From Candidatus Bathyarchaeota archaeon (GTDB taxonomy: Archaea > Thermoproteota > Bathyarchaeia > Bathyarchaeales > Bathycorpusculaceae): a stretch of 64,000 nt of DNA. The translations under genes were made by a program, and so were the position numbers. The notes under the pieces are model-generated. The model had not been told where the DNA came from and did not search any database. It worked only from the letters and a program-made list of their open reading frames with translations. The first letter of the stretch is position 1. Each line of letters opens with the position of its first letter. This document shows, one piece after another, positions 18,191 to 26,421 of this stretch. The stretch spans positions 736,001 to 800,000 of the forward strand of contig OY970280.1 of NCBI GenBank assembly GCA_963715865.1, given 5' to 3'.

Positions 18191-18898
18191 TTAGAGTTCT
18201 TTTGCATTAGACATGATTTTTTTCTTGTTTAGCTGCTTTGCCGTAAGGACTATTGCGGCTGTTCCTAAAGCAATGAATAGGGCAAGTATGGTTGTGCTTG
18301 GAAATTCTGGAATAACTGCGGTTACTGAGTCAACCGTATCTTGATGATCAATTAGATTAGCGGTTTCTCCAGCTGCAGGGTGATCAGCAAGGTCTGTTTG
18401 CAAGTTTAATCCGGTGGGTCCTGTGCTTGTAACGTTAAATGTAAGTGTTGCTATAGTTCCGCTTCCGGTGAAACCAGGGGTTGCTTGACCAACCGATTGT
18501 GCCACGAGGTGGTAGCTCCCTGACACTTTTTCTTCTTGAACATATATGTCGCCAGAACTAAGTGAATTGGAATCGTAGTTCAGCTTATTTCCGTGAAGAA
18601 CACCATTAGAGTGAGATTCTACCCCTAGATTAAGAACTACGTTTGAGAGGCTAAGAACTGAAGAGTTCCATTGAAGAGTAGCATCTATGCCAGCGAGATT
18701 TTGAACATTTGAAATTTTAAGGGTAACTGTTAAGGTGCTGCCTATTTGAGGTTGGCTTGTGGATGCTTCTGCGTTCACCACCGTGCTGCTTGACTGTGCT
18801 GAGACAGTATAGATAAGGCAAAATGAAAGCAAAGCGCAGATTAAAATGGCTATAATTTTCTTGGGTGTTAACTTAATCGGGCTTTTCATTTTATTCAC
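18191..18898 (-). CDS. Secreted cohesin-domain protein with IPEF (PEF-CTERM-like) sorting signal and TM
   Basis: Signal peptide; G.TLTVTL.I.NV.NL.G.D.TL.WN.SVL and FTGSGTIATLTFNV cohesin-like strands; VIPEFP + TM + KKK. Confidence 0.75.
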   Translation of the reverse strand: MNKMKSPIKLTPKKIIAILICALLSFCLIYTVSAQSSSTVVNAEASTSQPQIGSTLTVTLKISNVQNLAGIDATLQWNSSVLSLSNVVLNLGVESHSNGVLHGNKLNYDSNSLSSGDIYVQEEKVSGSYHLVAQSVGQATPGFTGSGTIATLTFNVTSTGPTGLNLQTDLADHPAAGETANLIDHQDTVDSVTAVIPEFPSTTILALFIALGTAAIVLTAKQLNKKKIMSNAKEL

Positions 18899-19826
18899 CT
18901 TTTACCCGTTCTGTAAGATTCACTATTTTGTCTCGCCCATTCTTATACCTTGTTATATTACCCTTCCTCTCTAAAGTAGCTAATAGTTGACTTGTTTTAG
19001 CCTTAGAAAACCTGCACTGCTCGACGATAGCTGATTGGCGCATGCTGCCGCCAGAAGATTTGAGGATTTTTATTACTTTATCTTCCTCACTTTCAATCGG
19101 TGATGCATCTTCAAGGACAACTGATGCAGATTTACCGTTCAATTTGCGGCGTTTAAACCTGTAGAAGCCTAACAAGGATAATGTGGCTCCAACTGCTGCA
19201 ACTGCGCCTATGATTGCATACTGTTGCCAACCATTATTTCCGGTCTGAGGAGTGCTCGTTAAAATAATATTAGGTTCGCCGTTAACCAAGTCTTGGGTTC
19301 TAGACCACACAAACGTTTCGGCTGAATCGTCACGCTCGTAGGGTGCAGGAGAAATTGATTTAATGCTAAAGTTTGAGGGGTAGCTTACTTGTAGAGAAGC
19401 ATCTCCAAAAAGTTGGCTAAAAAAATTATTGGCGTGAAACACGTCGCCAAATATGATTTCATTTCCCTGAATTACACTGAAGTTTTGCCACAGGAAAGAG
19501 TATTCAGTGGTTTTAGATTCTGAAGATATAGTAGTGCTAATTTGGAGGGAACTCTCATCTACAGCCATTTCTCGATGAGTTGCGCTTGCTACGAAATCGA
19601 CAAGATTAAAAATTTTTTGTTGAAAATCTTGCCACGTTTCTATTGTGGCATTAATATTCGAAAATTGAGTCACAATCCAAACCGCTGAGCCATCACTGTT
19701 TATTTGAACTTTATACTCAACATAATTTTGGCACCTTGCTTCGTGGAGCGGAAGAAGCAAAAACAGTAGCATACAGACGGCGAAGCAAGCGATTAGGCGG
19801 TAAACTCTCATCTGGATTCTATCCAA
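18891..19826 (-). CDS. Transmembrane one-component regulator (extracellular domain + TM + C-terminal wHTH, COG2512-like)
   Basis: N-terminal TM/signal, second TM + RFKRRK, then EEDKVIKILKSSGGSMRQSAIVEQCRFSKAKTSQLLATLERKG.I.R...GR.K.V. Overlaps the cohesin start by 8 nt. Confidence 0.8.
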   Translation of the reverse strand: MDRIQMRVYRLIACFAVCMLLFLLLPLHEARCQNYVEYKVQINSDGSAVWIVTQFSNINATIETWQDFQQKIFNLVDFVASATHREMAVDESSLQISTTISSESKTTEYSFLWQNFSVIQGNEIIFGDVFHANNFFSQLFGDASLQVSYPSNFSIKSISPAPYERDDSAETFVWSRTQDLVNGEPNIILTSTPQTGNNGWQQYAIIGAVAAVGATLSLLGFYRFKRRKLNGKSASVVLEDASPIESEEDKVIKILKSSGGSMRQSAIVEQCRFSKAKTSQLLATLERKGNITRYKNGRDKIVNLTERVKGE

Positions 19827-20004
19827 TGGAATGCTTCAACCACATTTAAAATTATAAATGTTTTTAATCTTTTTGAGATTCCCCCGCGCACTTTCGCTTT
19901 CGTAACTTATTTAACAAAATCTTATTTCTTACTAAATGACATATTTATAGCTAATTTAAACGCAAAAAACCATATTTGAAGCTTATAAATTAAATTAGGC
20001 ACAA

Positions 20005-20030
20005 ATGAACTTTTATGAACTAAAATGAAC
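20005..20030. promoter_or_regulatory. Three ATGAAC direct repeats at 10-bp spacing (putative operator)
   Basis: ATGAAC at 20005, 20015 and 20025 in the divergent intergenic region. Confidence 0.55.
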
Positions 20031-20124
20031 CATTATTGCGATTTTTTAGCTAAAACAAGCTCAGAAACGCTTTTATCCGTAAACAAATAAGAGCGTTTGA
20101 GAAACACAAAGAAGAGGACGAAAA

Positions 20125-20934
20125 ATGAACAAAAAAATTCCAATGGTACTTGCATTCATAGCATTAGTCGCAGTAAGCAGTTTAAGCTTAGTAGGTGCTA
20201 ACGCATCCTTAGTCAGCCAAGCGAACATGGTAGCAAACGCTCAAAATGGGCTCTCTCATCGAAGCTACATACGCATTAACGGTGTCATATCCCAGTGGGG
20301 AACAACCCCCGTGAATGGCACACTTCAAACCCAAGCTAGAACAGCACTGTTTGAAGACTCAAACACAAACCAGTTAGCTTCAGCCACTGCCATATGGACA
20401 ACCAATACGTCTCGTCCCATCAGCGCTGTCCAATCAAAGGAAAACTTCACGTACACTTTCTACGCAGCAAGATTGGCGAATGCTTCAGTATCAACTTTAA
20501 GCGCTAGTTCAGTTGCCACCGACTATTTCCTTAACGGCACATGGAACGTTTACACAGTGACAAGCAATGTGACAATTATTACCAACGCAAATGGAGAAAT
20601 AACAGAAGTCCACCGAACCTCAGACACCTCCGTTCAAAAGGCATACGGAGAACTTAACGTTACTGACAACTGGAGCAAATTCACACTCGCAATAAACGGA
20701 ATTGACCCATTGACAGGTTCAGTGTTCCGTTCAATGACAAGGCAAGTTCAGTTTAACCCATTCCAAGTAACTGACGATACAACAAGCAACGCAGTTACCA
20801 GAGCAGATATAGCTGCAGTAATACAAAGCTACGGAGCCATGCCAGGCTGGGGCAACTACGATTCCAGAATGGACTTTTGCGGTCACTATAAAATAGACAT
20901 CGCTGACCTATCAACAGTAGCTTGCAACATGTAA
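20125..20934 (+). CDS. Secreted protein with C-terminal dockerin-like domain
   Basis: Signal peptide; beta-rich body; C-terminus TRADIAAV..SYGAMPGWGNYDSRMDFCGHYKIDIADLSTVA resembles paired dockerin EF-hand repeats, with the first loop degenerate. Confidence 0.65.
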   Translation: MNKKIPMVLAFIALVAVSSLSLVGANASLVSQANMVANAQNGLSHRSYIRINGVISQWGTTPVNGTLQTQARTALFEDSNTNQLASATAIWTTNTSRPISAVQSKENFTYTFYAARLANASVSTLSASSVATDYFLNGTWNVYTVTSNVTIITNANGEITEVHRTSDTSVQKAYGELNVTDNWSKFTLAINGIDPLTGSVFRSMTRQVQFNPFQVTDDTTSNAVTRADIAAVIQSYGAMPGWGNYDSRMDFCGHYKIDIADLSTVACNM

Positions 20935-21018
20935 AAAATCCCTTATTTTTCTTTTTTTTGTTTTTCTAAAAAATTGGTGGCTAAGTTAATTACTATAAAT
21001 GTGTCTATTAAGTGAGTA

Positions 21019-21213
21019 ATGGCTGAAACAATGGCGGAAGCTAAAAAAAGCATTGAAAAAACTGAGGAGCAAAAATCCGTAAAGTTGCCGTGCGGATGCG
21101 TGTACCAAGATAAAGGCTGGATGCTTACTCGAGTTGACGAATGCGAATATCATAAGCGCAAGCGAGCAACTAAGCGCCCGTACAGGCCTAAAGCTGAATG
21201 CGTAAGACCATAA
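21019..21213 (+). CDS. Small basic Cys/His protein (possible Zn-binding)
   Basis: LPCGC...ECEYH; TATA-like TTACTATAAAT about 25 nt upstream; T-rich tract follows on the opposite sense. Confidence 0.5.
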   Translation: MAETMAEAKKSIEKTEEQKSVKLPCGCVYQDKGWMLTRVDECEYHKRKRATKRPYRPKAECVRP

Positions 21214-21307
21214 GAGAAAAAAGGGTATTGAGCAGCATTATACTCTAAATTTAAATTCAAATTTTTTCCGCAAGAGATTTAACAATCAAAGCAGATGTTC
21301 ATGCACC

Positions 21308-22426
21308 TTGGCAACCTCAAAAAAACCCCGTGAGCAAAAACAAAAATCACCTAATTTACGGCGAATGGTTAGAATTCTTCTCCAAGTAGTGCTTATGGTC
21401 GCTATTTTCGGCGCATTACTCTGGTATGTGGGAATAGGTTCGCTGTATAATGCATTGCTTACCATTAAGATAGAGTATTTGCTTCTTGCTTTCCTTATGT
21501 ATTTTGGAATAAACCTTCTCTTTACAGTACGGCTAAGACGGGTCCTAGGTAAAGATGGCGTAAAAACATCTTTTGGCAAAACACTTCTTGCTCAATATGC
21601 TGGAATGTTAACGAGCGATGTCACACCTGGACGCTCAGGTTACATTTTAACCCCAGTTTACCTTAGAGATCAGAATGTTCCAACATCAAAAGGGCTCTCA
21701 AGCGTCTTAGGTATACAAACAATAGAGTTTTTAGTTAAAGTGATCGGCGGAGTAGGAGCAGTAATTTATCTAGTTAAAGTAGTACCAACAGAGACCTGGA
21801 ATCTATTATTCCCCCAGACGGTTGCGGGGATAAATTTGGGTTTAATAGTCGCAGGATTAGGCATAGCATTAATGCTCACAGGAGCAATCTTACTAGCGGC
21901 TTTCACATGGTCCCAAAGAGCCATCTCATTATTTGACCGAATCGCAAATTCTAGACTACTAAAAAGATTTACAGGCGGCTTAATGGGGAAACTTGAAGAA
22001 TACAAAGAAAGCTCCCATAGCACCCGTCGAGCAATCCCAGAAATAGGCATCTTAACAGTCGCATGCTGGATTTTGAAGGGTTTTGAATGGTACTTTTTAG
22101 GCTTAGCCTTAGGAATTACGCAGATACCATGGATAGCTTACTTCCTTATTCACCCGTTGGTAACCGCTTTAGCTTTTGTTCCCATAACTCCCGCTGGGGC
22201 TGGCGTACAAGAATTCGGAATTATTGGAATCTTTGGACTCATACTTAACGTACCTGCTCACCCAGAACTGGTACCAGTAATTGCTGCATTCGCTTTGCTT
22301 GCTCGTGGCTTACTGATTTTTGAAGACCTCGCAGGAGTGCCCCAAATTGTAAAGTCAACAAGCCTAATCTTTTCACGCAAGAAGCCTACGGAACAGCTAG
22401 AGCCACAACCTGCAAACCCCATTTAG
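21308..22426 (+). CDS. UPF0104 / flippase-like membrane protein (second paralog)
   Basis: SDVTPGRSG, FVPITPAGAGVQE; polytopic. Confidence 0.82.
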   Translation: MATSKKPREQKQKSPNLRRMVRILLQVVLMVAIFGALLWYVGIGSLYNALLTIKIEYLLLAFLMYFGINLLFTVRLRRVLGKDGVKTSFGKTLLAQYAGMLTSDVTPGRSGYILTPVYLRDQNVPTSKGLSSVLGIQTIEFLVKVIGGVGAVIYLVKVVPTETWNLLFPQTVAGINLGLIVAGLGIALMLTGAILLAAFTWSQRAISLFDRIANSRLLKRFTGGLMGKLEEYKESSHSTRRAIPEIGILTVACWILKGFEWYFLGLALGITQIPWIAYFLIHPLVTALAFVPITPAGAGVQEFGIIGIFGLILNVPAHPELVPVIAAFALLARGLLIFEDLAGVPQIVKSTSLIFSRKKPTEQLEPQPANPI

Positions 22427-22494
22427 AACCAGCACTTTCAAACCAACAATAGTATAGCAACGCTTTTTATCATCTTATTGCCAAAAAAGGAAGC

Positions 22495-22989
22495 GTGCGT
22501 GAAATGAATTCTGAGTTTACTATTAGAAAAATGACCCAAAGTGACACAGGCAGTCTTAAGCAAATTGTAGGCTTGTCTTTTCCAAGGTTCTTCCGCTTCT
22601 TCGCCACCCACAGCCTAAACGAAGAGGGGGAAGTGCTCGTAAGTGAAACCCAAGGCACAGCTATAGGCTTCGCTAAACTAGTAGAGTTTCATGTGGGCGA
22701 CGGCAAAATCGGTTGCATACTTTGGCTTGCAGTTCACCCGCAGTTTCGCCGAAAAAGCATTGCTAGTACACTCGTAAAAGCTGGAACCGAACGCCTCAAG
22801 CACGATGGTGCAAGAGCGGTTTTTGCTTCCGTGCAAAGGAGAAACGTTGCTTCCTTAGCGGTTTTTAGCATGCAAGGTTTCAGAAAAATGGGTTTTCTGG
22901 GTTTATGGCGGCTTTTTGGTTGGCGCATTTTTGAGTTTTATAGGGATATTTGGTTTGCCCCTAGAGAAATCGTGTTAATGTACGATTAG
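22495..22989 (+). CDS. GNAT N-acetyltransferase
   Basis: ILWLAVHPQFRRKSIA motif A; NVASLAVF..QGF. Confidence 0.82.
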   Translation: MREMNSEFTIRKMTQSDTGSLKQIVGLSFPRFFRFFATHSLNEEGEVLVSETQGTAIGFAKLVEFHVGDGKIGCILWLAVHPQFRRKSIASTLVKAGTERLKHDGARAVFASVQRRNVASLAVFSMQGFRKMGFLGLWRLFGWRIFEFYRDIWFAPREIVLMYD

Positions 22990-23084
22990 TTAATGCTGCA
23001 ACATTATGTCTTTTGCGAAAAATCTTGCAGTATAGTCAACTTCAAAACCCGACTACTTGTAAGGCGCGCATGGGTGTTCCTAAA

Positions 23085-23400
23085 TTAGTTTGCAAAGTAT
23101 CTGATGCTTCTGGCTTTGCATTGATTATGCGTGTTGATGGCTGCTTGAGCCGTTAGAAGCATAATGACGATTCAGAGCTGAAAATGAAAGGTGACTTTGG
23201 CTAATCCTCTCAGATTGTGCTGCGTGAGGCTGACCAAATTCTTAAGTCTGCTGAAAACTCGCTCAACAGCTACCCGTTTCTTGTAGGCTCTTCTGAACTT
23301 TTGAGGCCCATAACTGCGTGCGCGGTTCAAGTACCCTAAGACCGAACCGATTCAAGTTTTAATCCGACCCGTGTAACGATGCCTTTAGATTCACCCGACA
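23085..23400 (-). mobile_element. Decayed DDE transposase C-terminal fragment (IS5/IS1182-like)
   Basis: Manual translation: ..PQKFRRAYKKRVAVERVFSRLKNLVSLTQHNLRGLAKVTFHFQL*IVIMLLTAQAAINTHNQCKARSIRYFAN*. Internal TGA; 5' part broken or missing. Confidence 0.75.
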
Positions 23401-23481
23401 AAGAATCTCTAGTTCGTAAAAGATTAATTACTAGTTATTATACACTGAATTTCAGTTGATTTTCAGGATGGATGAAATAAG

Positions 23482-24000
23482 ATGGAAAAAGAGAGGAAAG
23501 CTGAGCCGGCGCCGTATGACCCTTACGGTCGTGGGAAGGAGTCATTGCCTTTTAAGGTGGTGGTGAAGCCGCGGTCGGTTATGGGCGATTATATCGCGCT
23601 TCATGGTCTGTGTCCCCAGAACGAATTGCCAGAGAACATGCGTGGAAAGATTCCTGAGGATGAAATTTGGATGCGGCAGGATGTTTATGATGATCCAAAA
23701 AGAAGGGAGCGGATTCTTCAGGGACACGAGAAGTACGAGCTCACGTTGATGGAAACAGAGGGTTTAACGTATAAGCAGGCGCACCGTAAGGCGGAATTGC
23801 ATGAGAAATTTTACCTTTTTGAAAAAGACTTAGGGAAGCTTGAGAAAAATCTGAGGATGAAACACCATGAGCCTGTGAATATTATAGAGCCAACGCGAAA
23901 GTTTGAAACGAGCAAGAATAAAGAAACAAAACAAGCTAATAAAAAAACAGATGCCAAGAGCGAGGAAAGAAGCAACAATCCATCTGGAAAAGGAGAATAA
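23482..24000 (+). CDS. Hypothetical protein with HExxE...Y..AH..A...E motif
   Basis: GHEKYE..TYKQAHRKAELHE; highly charged, low-complexity tail. Confidence 0.6.
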   Translation: MEKERKAEPAPYDPYGRGKESLPFKVVVKPRSVMGDYIALHGLCPQNELPENMRGKIPEDEIWMRQDVYDDPKRRERILQGHEKYELTLMETEGLTYKQAHRKAELHEKFYLFEKDLGKLEKNLRMKHHEPVNIIEPTRKFETSKNKETKQANKKTDAKSEERSNNPSGKGE

Positions 24001-24235
24001 CAAATAGTTGAAATGATTAAATCGCATACAGAAAAAAGGACTTGAGAGACAGAAAGCAAAGATGCACTAAGAGTTACGTGTTCCTTTTCACCTTTTCTTC
24101 CAAAGCTTTCATCGAACTTCTAAGTCGTCGAGCCTTTTCTTTTCTGCGTGTGCAGCTGCAGAAGTATGCTTCTTTAATGTCTCTTCAAGCTGCGCGCTTC
24201 CCGGAATCAAAACTTATTAAGACCAAAAGAAGTTA

Positions 24236-24763
24236 TTGACTAAAGAGCCAAGTTCTCAGTTGGTTTCGTATATGACTTCAACTTCAATCGGTGACCAAAA
24301 AATCGACGAAATGACTCAAAAAATTTTGACAGAAATTGAAAATAAAAGCTCGAAAGAGCTTGCAGAGTCCGACGAAATGATAAAGATTCTGCATTTGACA
24401 AATATGCATCACGCGAAAACTTTGCTGCAGCATATGGATGAAGCGCCTACTGGAACCGAACGGAACGCCGGGAAACAGGCTCTTGTAAAGGCACTGCTGC
24501 TTTCTGTGTGGCATCAGAGGTTATATTTCATTGTACGTTCATTCATCATGGGCATACTTGGTGCTTCGCTTACGCTTGTTTTCGTGCTGATTTTTGGCTC
24601 CATAAACCTCATCTTAGAAATTCCTTTGGGCATATTCTCTTTCGTGTTTACACTGGCCACCTCGCGACTGCTCGATGTGCAGATTGTCAAAGCCACAAGA
24701 ATTATAGTTGACCTTTTAGCGAACCATAAGAGTTTGAGGGATTTTGTTCTAAGCCACTTCTAA
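24236..24763 (+). CDS. Hypothetical membrane protein
   Basis: Two TM segments in the C-terminal half; start uncertain. Confidence 0.6.
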   Translation: MTKEPSSQLVSYMTSTSIGDQKIDEMTQKILTEIENKSSKELAESDEMIKILHLTNMHHAKTLLQHMDEAPTGTERNAGKQALVKALLLSVWHQRLYFIVRSFIMGILGASLTLVFVLIFGSINLILEIPLGIFSFVFTLATSRLLDVQIVKATRIIVDLLANHKSLRDFVLSHF

Positions 24764-25101
24764 CGCCAGAATTCACTAGGGCCATCAGGGGCCTCTGACG
24801 CCTGCCTGACTTTTGAGGGCCACCAATTGTACTTCTTGGCGATGGCTATAAGCGCGCGTTAACGAAGATCTTTCTTTATGGGCAGGACGTTTTCGACAGC
24901 CTAATATGTGGGTGCTATGAATCTATCCTTTTGGGAATGGAAGAACTTTCAGGCGCTGAATTACTTTTCTTTTGTCAAGGTTAATTAAAAAATTATTGTT
25001 CGTTCATTTTTTGCACTTATGTTCAGTAATTTTGAACGATATTATTTAAATGCTTTCTTAAATAGAAAAAACACTAAGAAGCATATTTCTTTAGAATTAA
25101 A

Positions 25102-25255
25102 TGGTCGGGAGAGCAGGATTTGAACCTGCGACGGCTCGGTATCTGTGGCCTGTGCAGGCTAGAATGAAGCCCACCATGGGTAGACCTCTACAGCGTCTCC
25201 ACCAGCTAAGCATGTTAGCCAGTTCGAGAGCTCTGCCAGGCTGAGCTACCTCCCG
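25102..25255 (-). tRNA. tRNA-Tyr(GTA) with two introns (non-canonical 30/31, 30 nt, 25224-25195; canonical 37/38, 47 nt, 25187-25141); CCA encoded
   Basis: Spliced form: CGGGAGG TA GCTC AGCCTGGCA GAGC T CTCGG CTGTAGA CCGAG CCGTC GCAGG TTCAAAT CCTGC TCTCCCG A CCA (77 nt). C1:G72/A73 is the archaeal Tyr identity; both introns fold as bulge-helix-bulge. Confidence 0.92.
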
Positions 25256-25419
25256 ACAAAGACCATAAGGATATGATAAAAGAATTTATGTTTTTTGGCA
25301 TTTTCCGATATCTCCAGCCATACTAAACATTTTAATCTTCTATCAAAGTGTGTGTCTCAGATAGGTTTTTATGTTGAAAAACTGTAACGCGTTTTAAGGG
25401 CAAAAAGAGGCGTATCTAA

Positions 25420-26385
25420 TTGGCAAAAACTATCGGCATAGTCACATCTGGTGGAGATGCACCAGGCATGAACGCTACCATCCGAGCGGTAACGCGAATA
25501 GGTCATGCGAAGGGTTTTCAAGTTATAGGTTTCGAAAGAGGATGGGACGGACTATTAACTAACTCGTTCAAAAGGTTGACTCCTCGCAGTGTTGGCGGTA
25601 TTATTCAGTTAGGCGGCACCATACTTCACACCCTACGATGCCCAAGTTTCGAGGAAGATGGCGGTGTCGAAAAAGCAGCAGAAACATTGTCCATAAATAA
25701 CGTTGATAGTTTAGTGGTCATTGGCGGTGACGGTTCATATAGAGGCGCCTTAGACCTAAGCAGAGAAAGCGACGCCTTAATGATTGGGGTACCGGCCACC
25801 ATTGACAATGACGTTTACGGAACAGACGAAACAATCGGCTTCGACACTGCAGTCAACACTGCGGTAGGCGCAATCGACAAAATCAGGGATACAGCGATTT
25901 CTCATGAACGAGTATTCATCGTGGAAGTAATGGGTCGGAAAAGAGGCTTCTTAGCATTGGAAGTAGGCATATGCGTGGGTGCAGAGGTGATTTTGATTCC
26001 AGAAAATCCAATGAGCCTATCTGATGTTGCAAAGGTGATGGATGAAAACGCTAAAAAAGGCAAAAGAGCTGGAATAGTAGTTGTTGCAGAAGGCTTTGGC
26101 GATACAAGTAAATTAGCTCGGGGAATGCAGCGGCAAACGGAATCAGAAGTTAGACTGTCCATTCTTGGCTATGCACAGCGTGGTGGAAGTCCTACAGCAC
26201 GCAGCAGGTTTATGGCTAGTTTATTCGCTGAGAAAGCTGTTGAATTAATCTGCGAGGAAAAGGGCAACATGGCGGTTGGATTACAGAACGGTGCAATTGT
26301 GGGTGTTGAGCTTGAGAAAGCAGCTAAAAAAAGGAAGCCTTTGGATTTAAGGTTGCTGAAAGTAGCTGAAATGCTTGCAACATAA
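25420..26385 (+). CDS. pfkA: ATP-dependent 6-phosphofructokinase (bacterial PfkA family)
   Basis: TSGGDAPGMN, GGTIL, IGGDGS, TIDND, VEVMGR, GYAQRGG. Confidence 0.95.
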   Translation: MAKTIGIVTSGGDAPGMNATIRAVTRIGHAKGFQVIGFERGWDGLLTNSFKRLTPRSVGGIIQLGGTILHTLRCPSFEEDGGVEKAAETLSINNVDSLVVIGGDGSYRGALDLSRESDALMIGVPATIDNDVYGTDETIGFDTAVNTAVGAIDKIRDTAISHERVFIVEVMGRKRGFLALEVGICVGAEVILIPENPMSLSDVAKVMDENAKKGKRAGIVVVAEGFGDTSKLARGMQRQTESEVRLSILGYAQRGGSPTARSRFMASLFAEKAVELICEEKGNMAVGLQNGAIVGVELEKAAKKRKPLDLRLLKVAEMLAT

Positions 26386-26421
26386 ACCTTATCATTTTTA
26401 TTAGCATTCTTTTTTAGAATT

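Noticed and set aside
23085-23300. In-frame TGA in the transposase as selenocysteine or recoding
   Set aside because: The fragment is also broken upstream, so ordinary pseudogenisation explains it; no SECIS-like evidence.
24760-24978. Minus-strand frame from TTG reading MTKEK*FSA*...LIAIAKKYNWWPSK.. that looks like a gene relic or stop readthrough
   Set aside because: Four internal stops of all three types in 72 codons is about what chance gives at this AT content; no recognisable family.
23008-25110. Integrative element att site at tRNA-Tyr
   Set aside because: No duplicate of the tRNA 3' end and no integrase found in the window.
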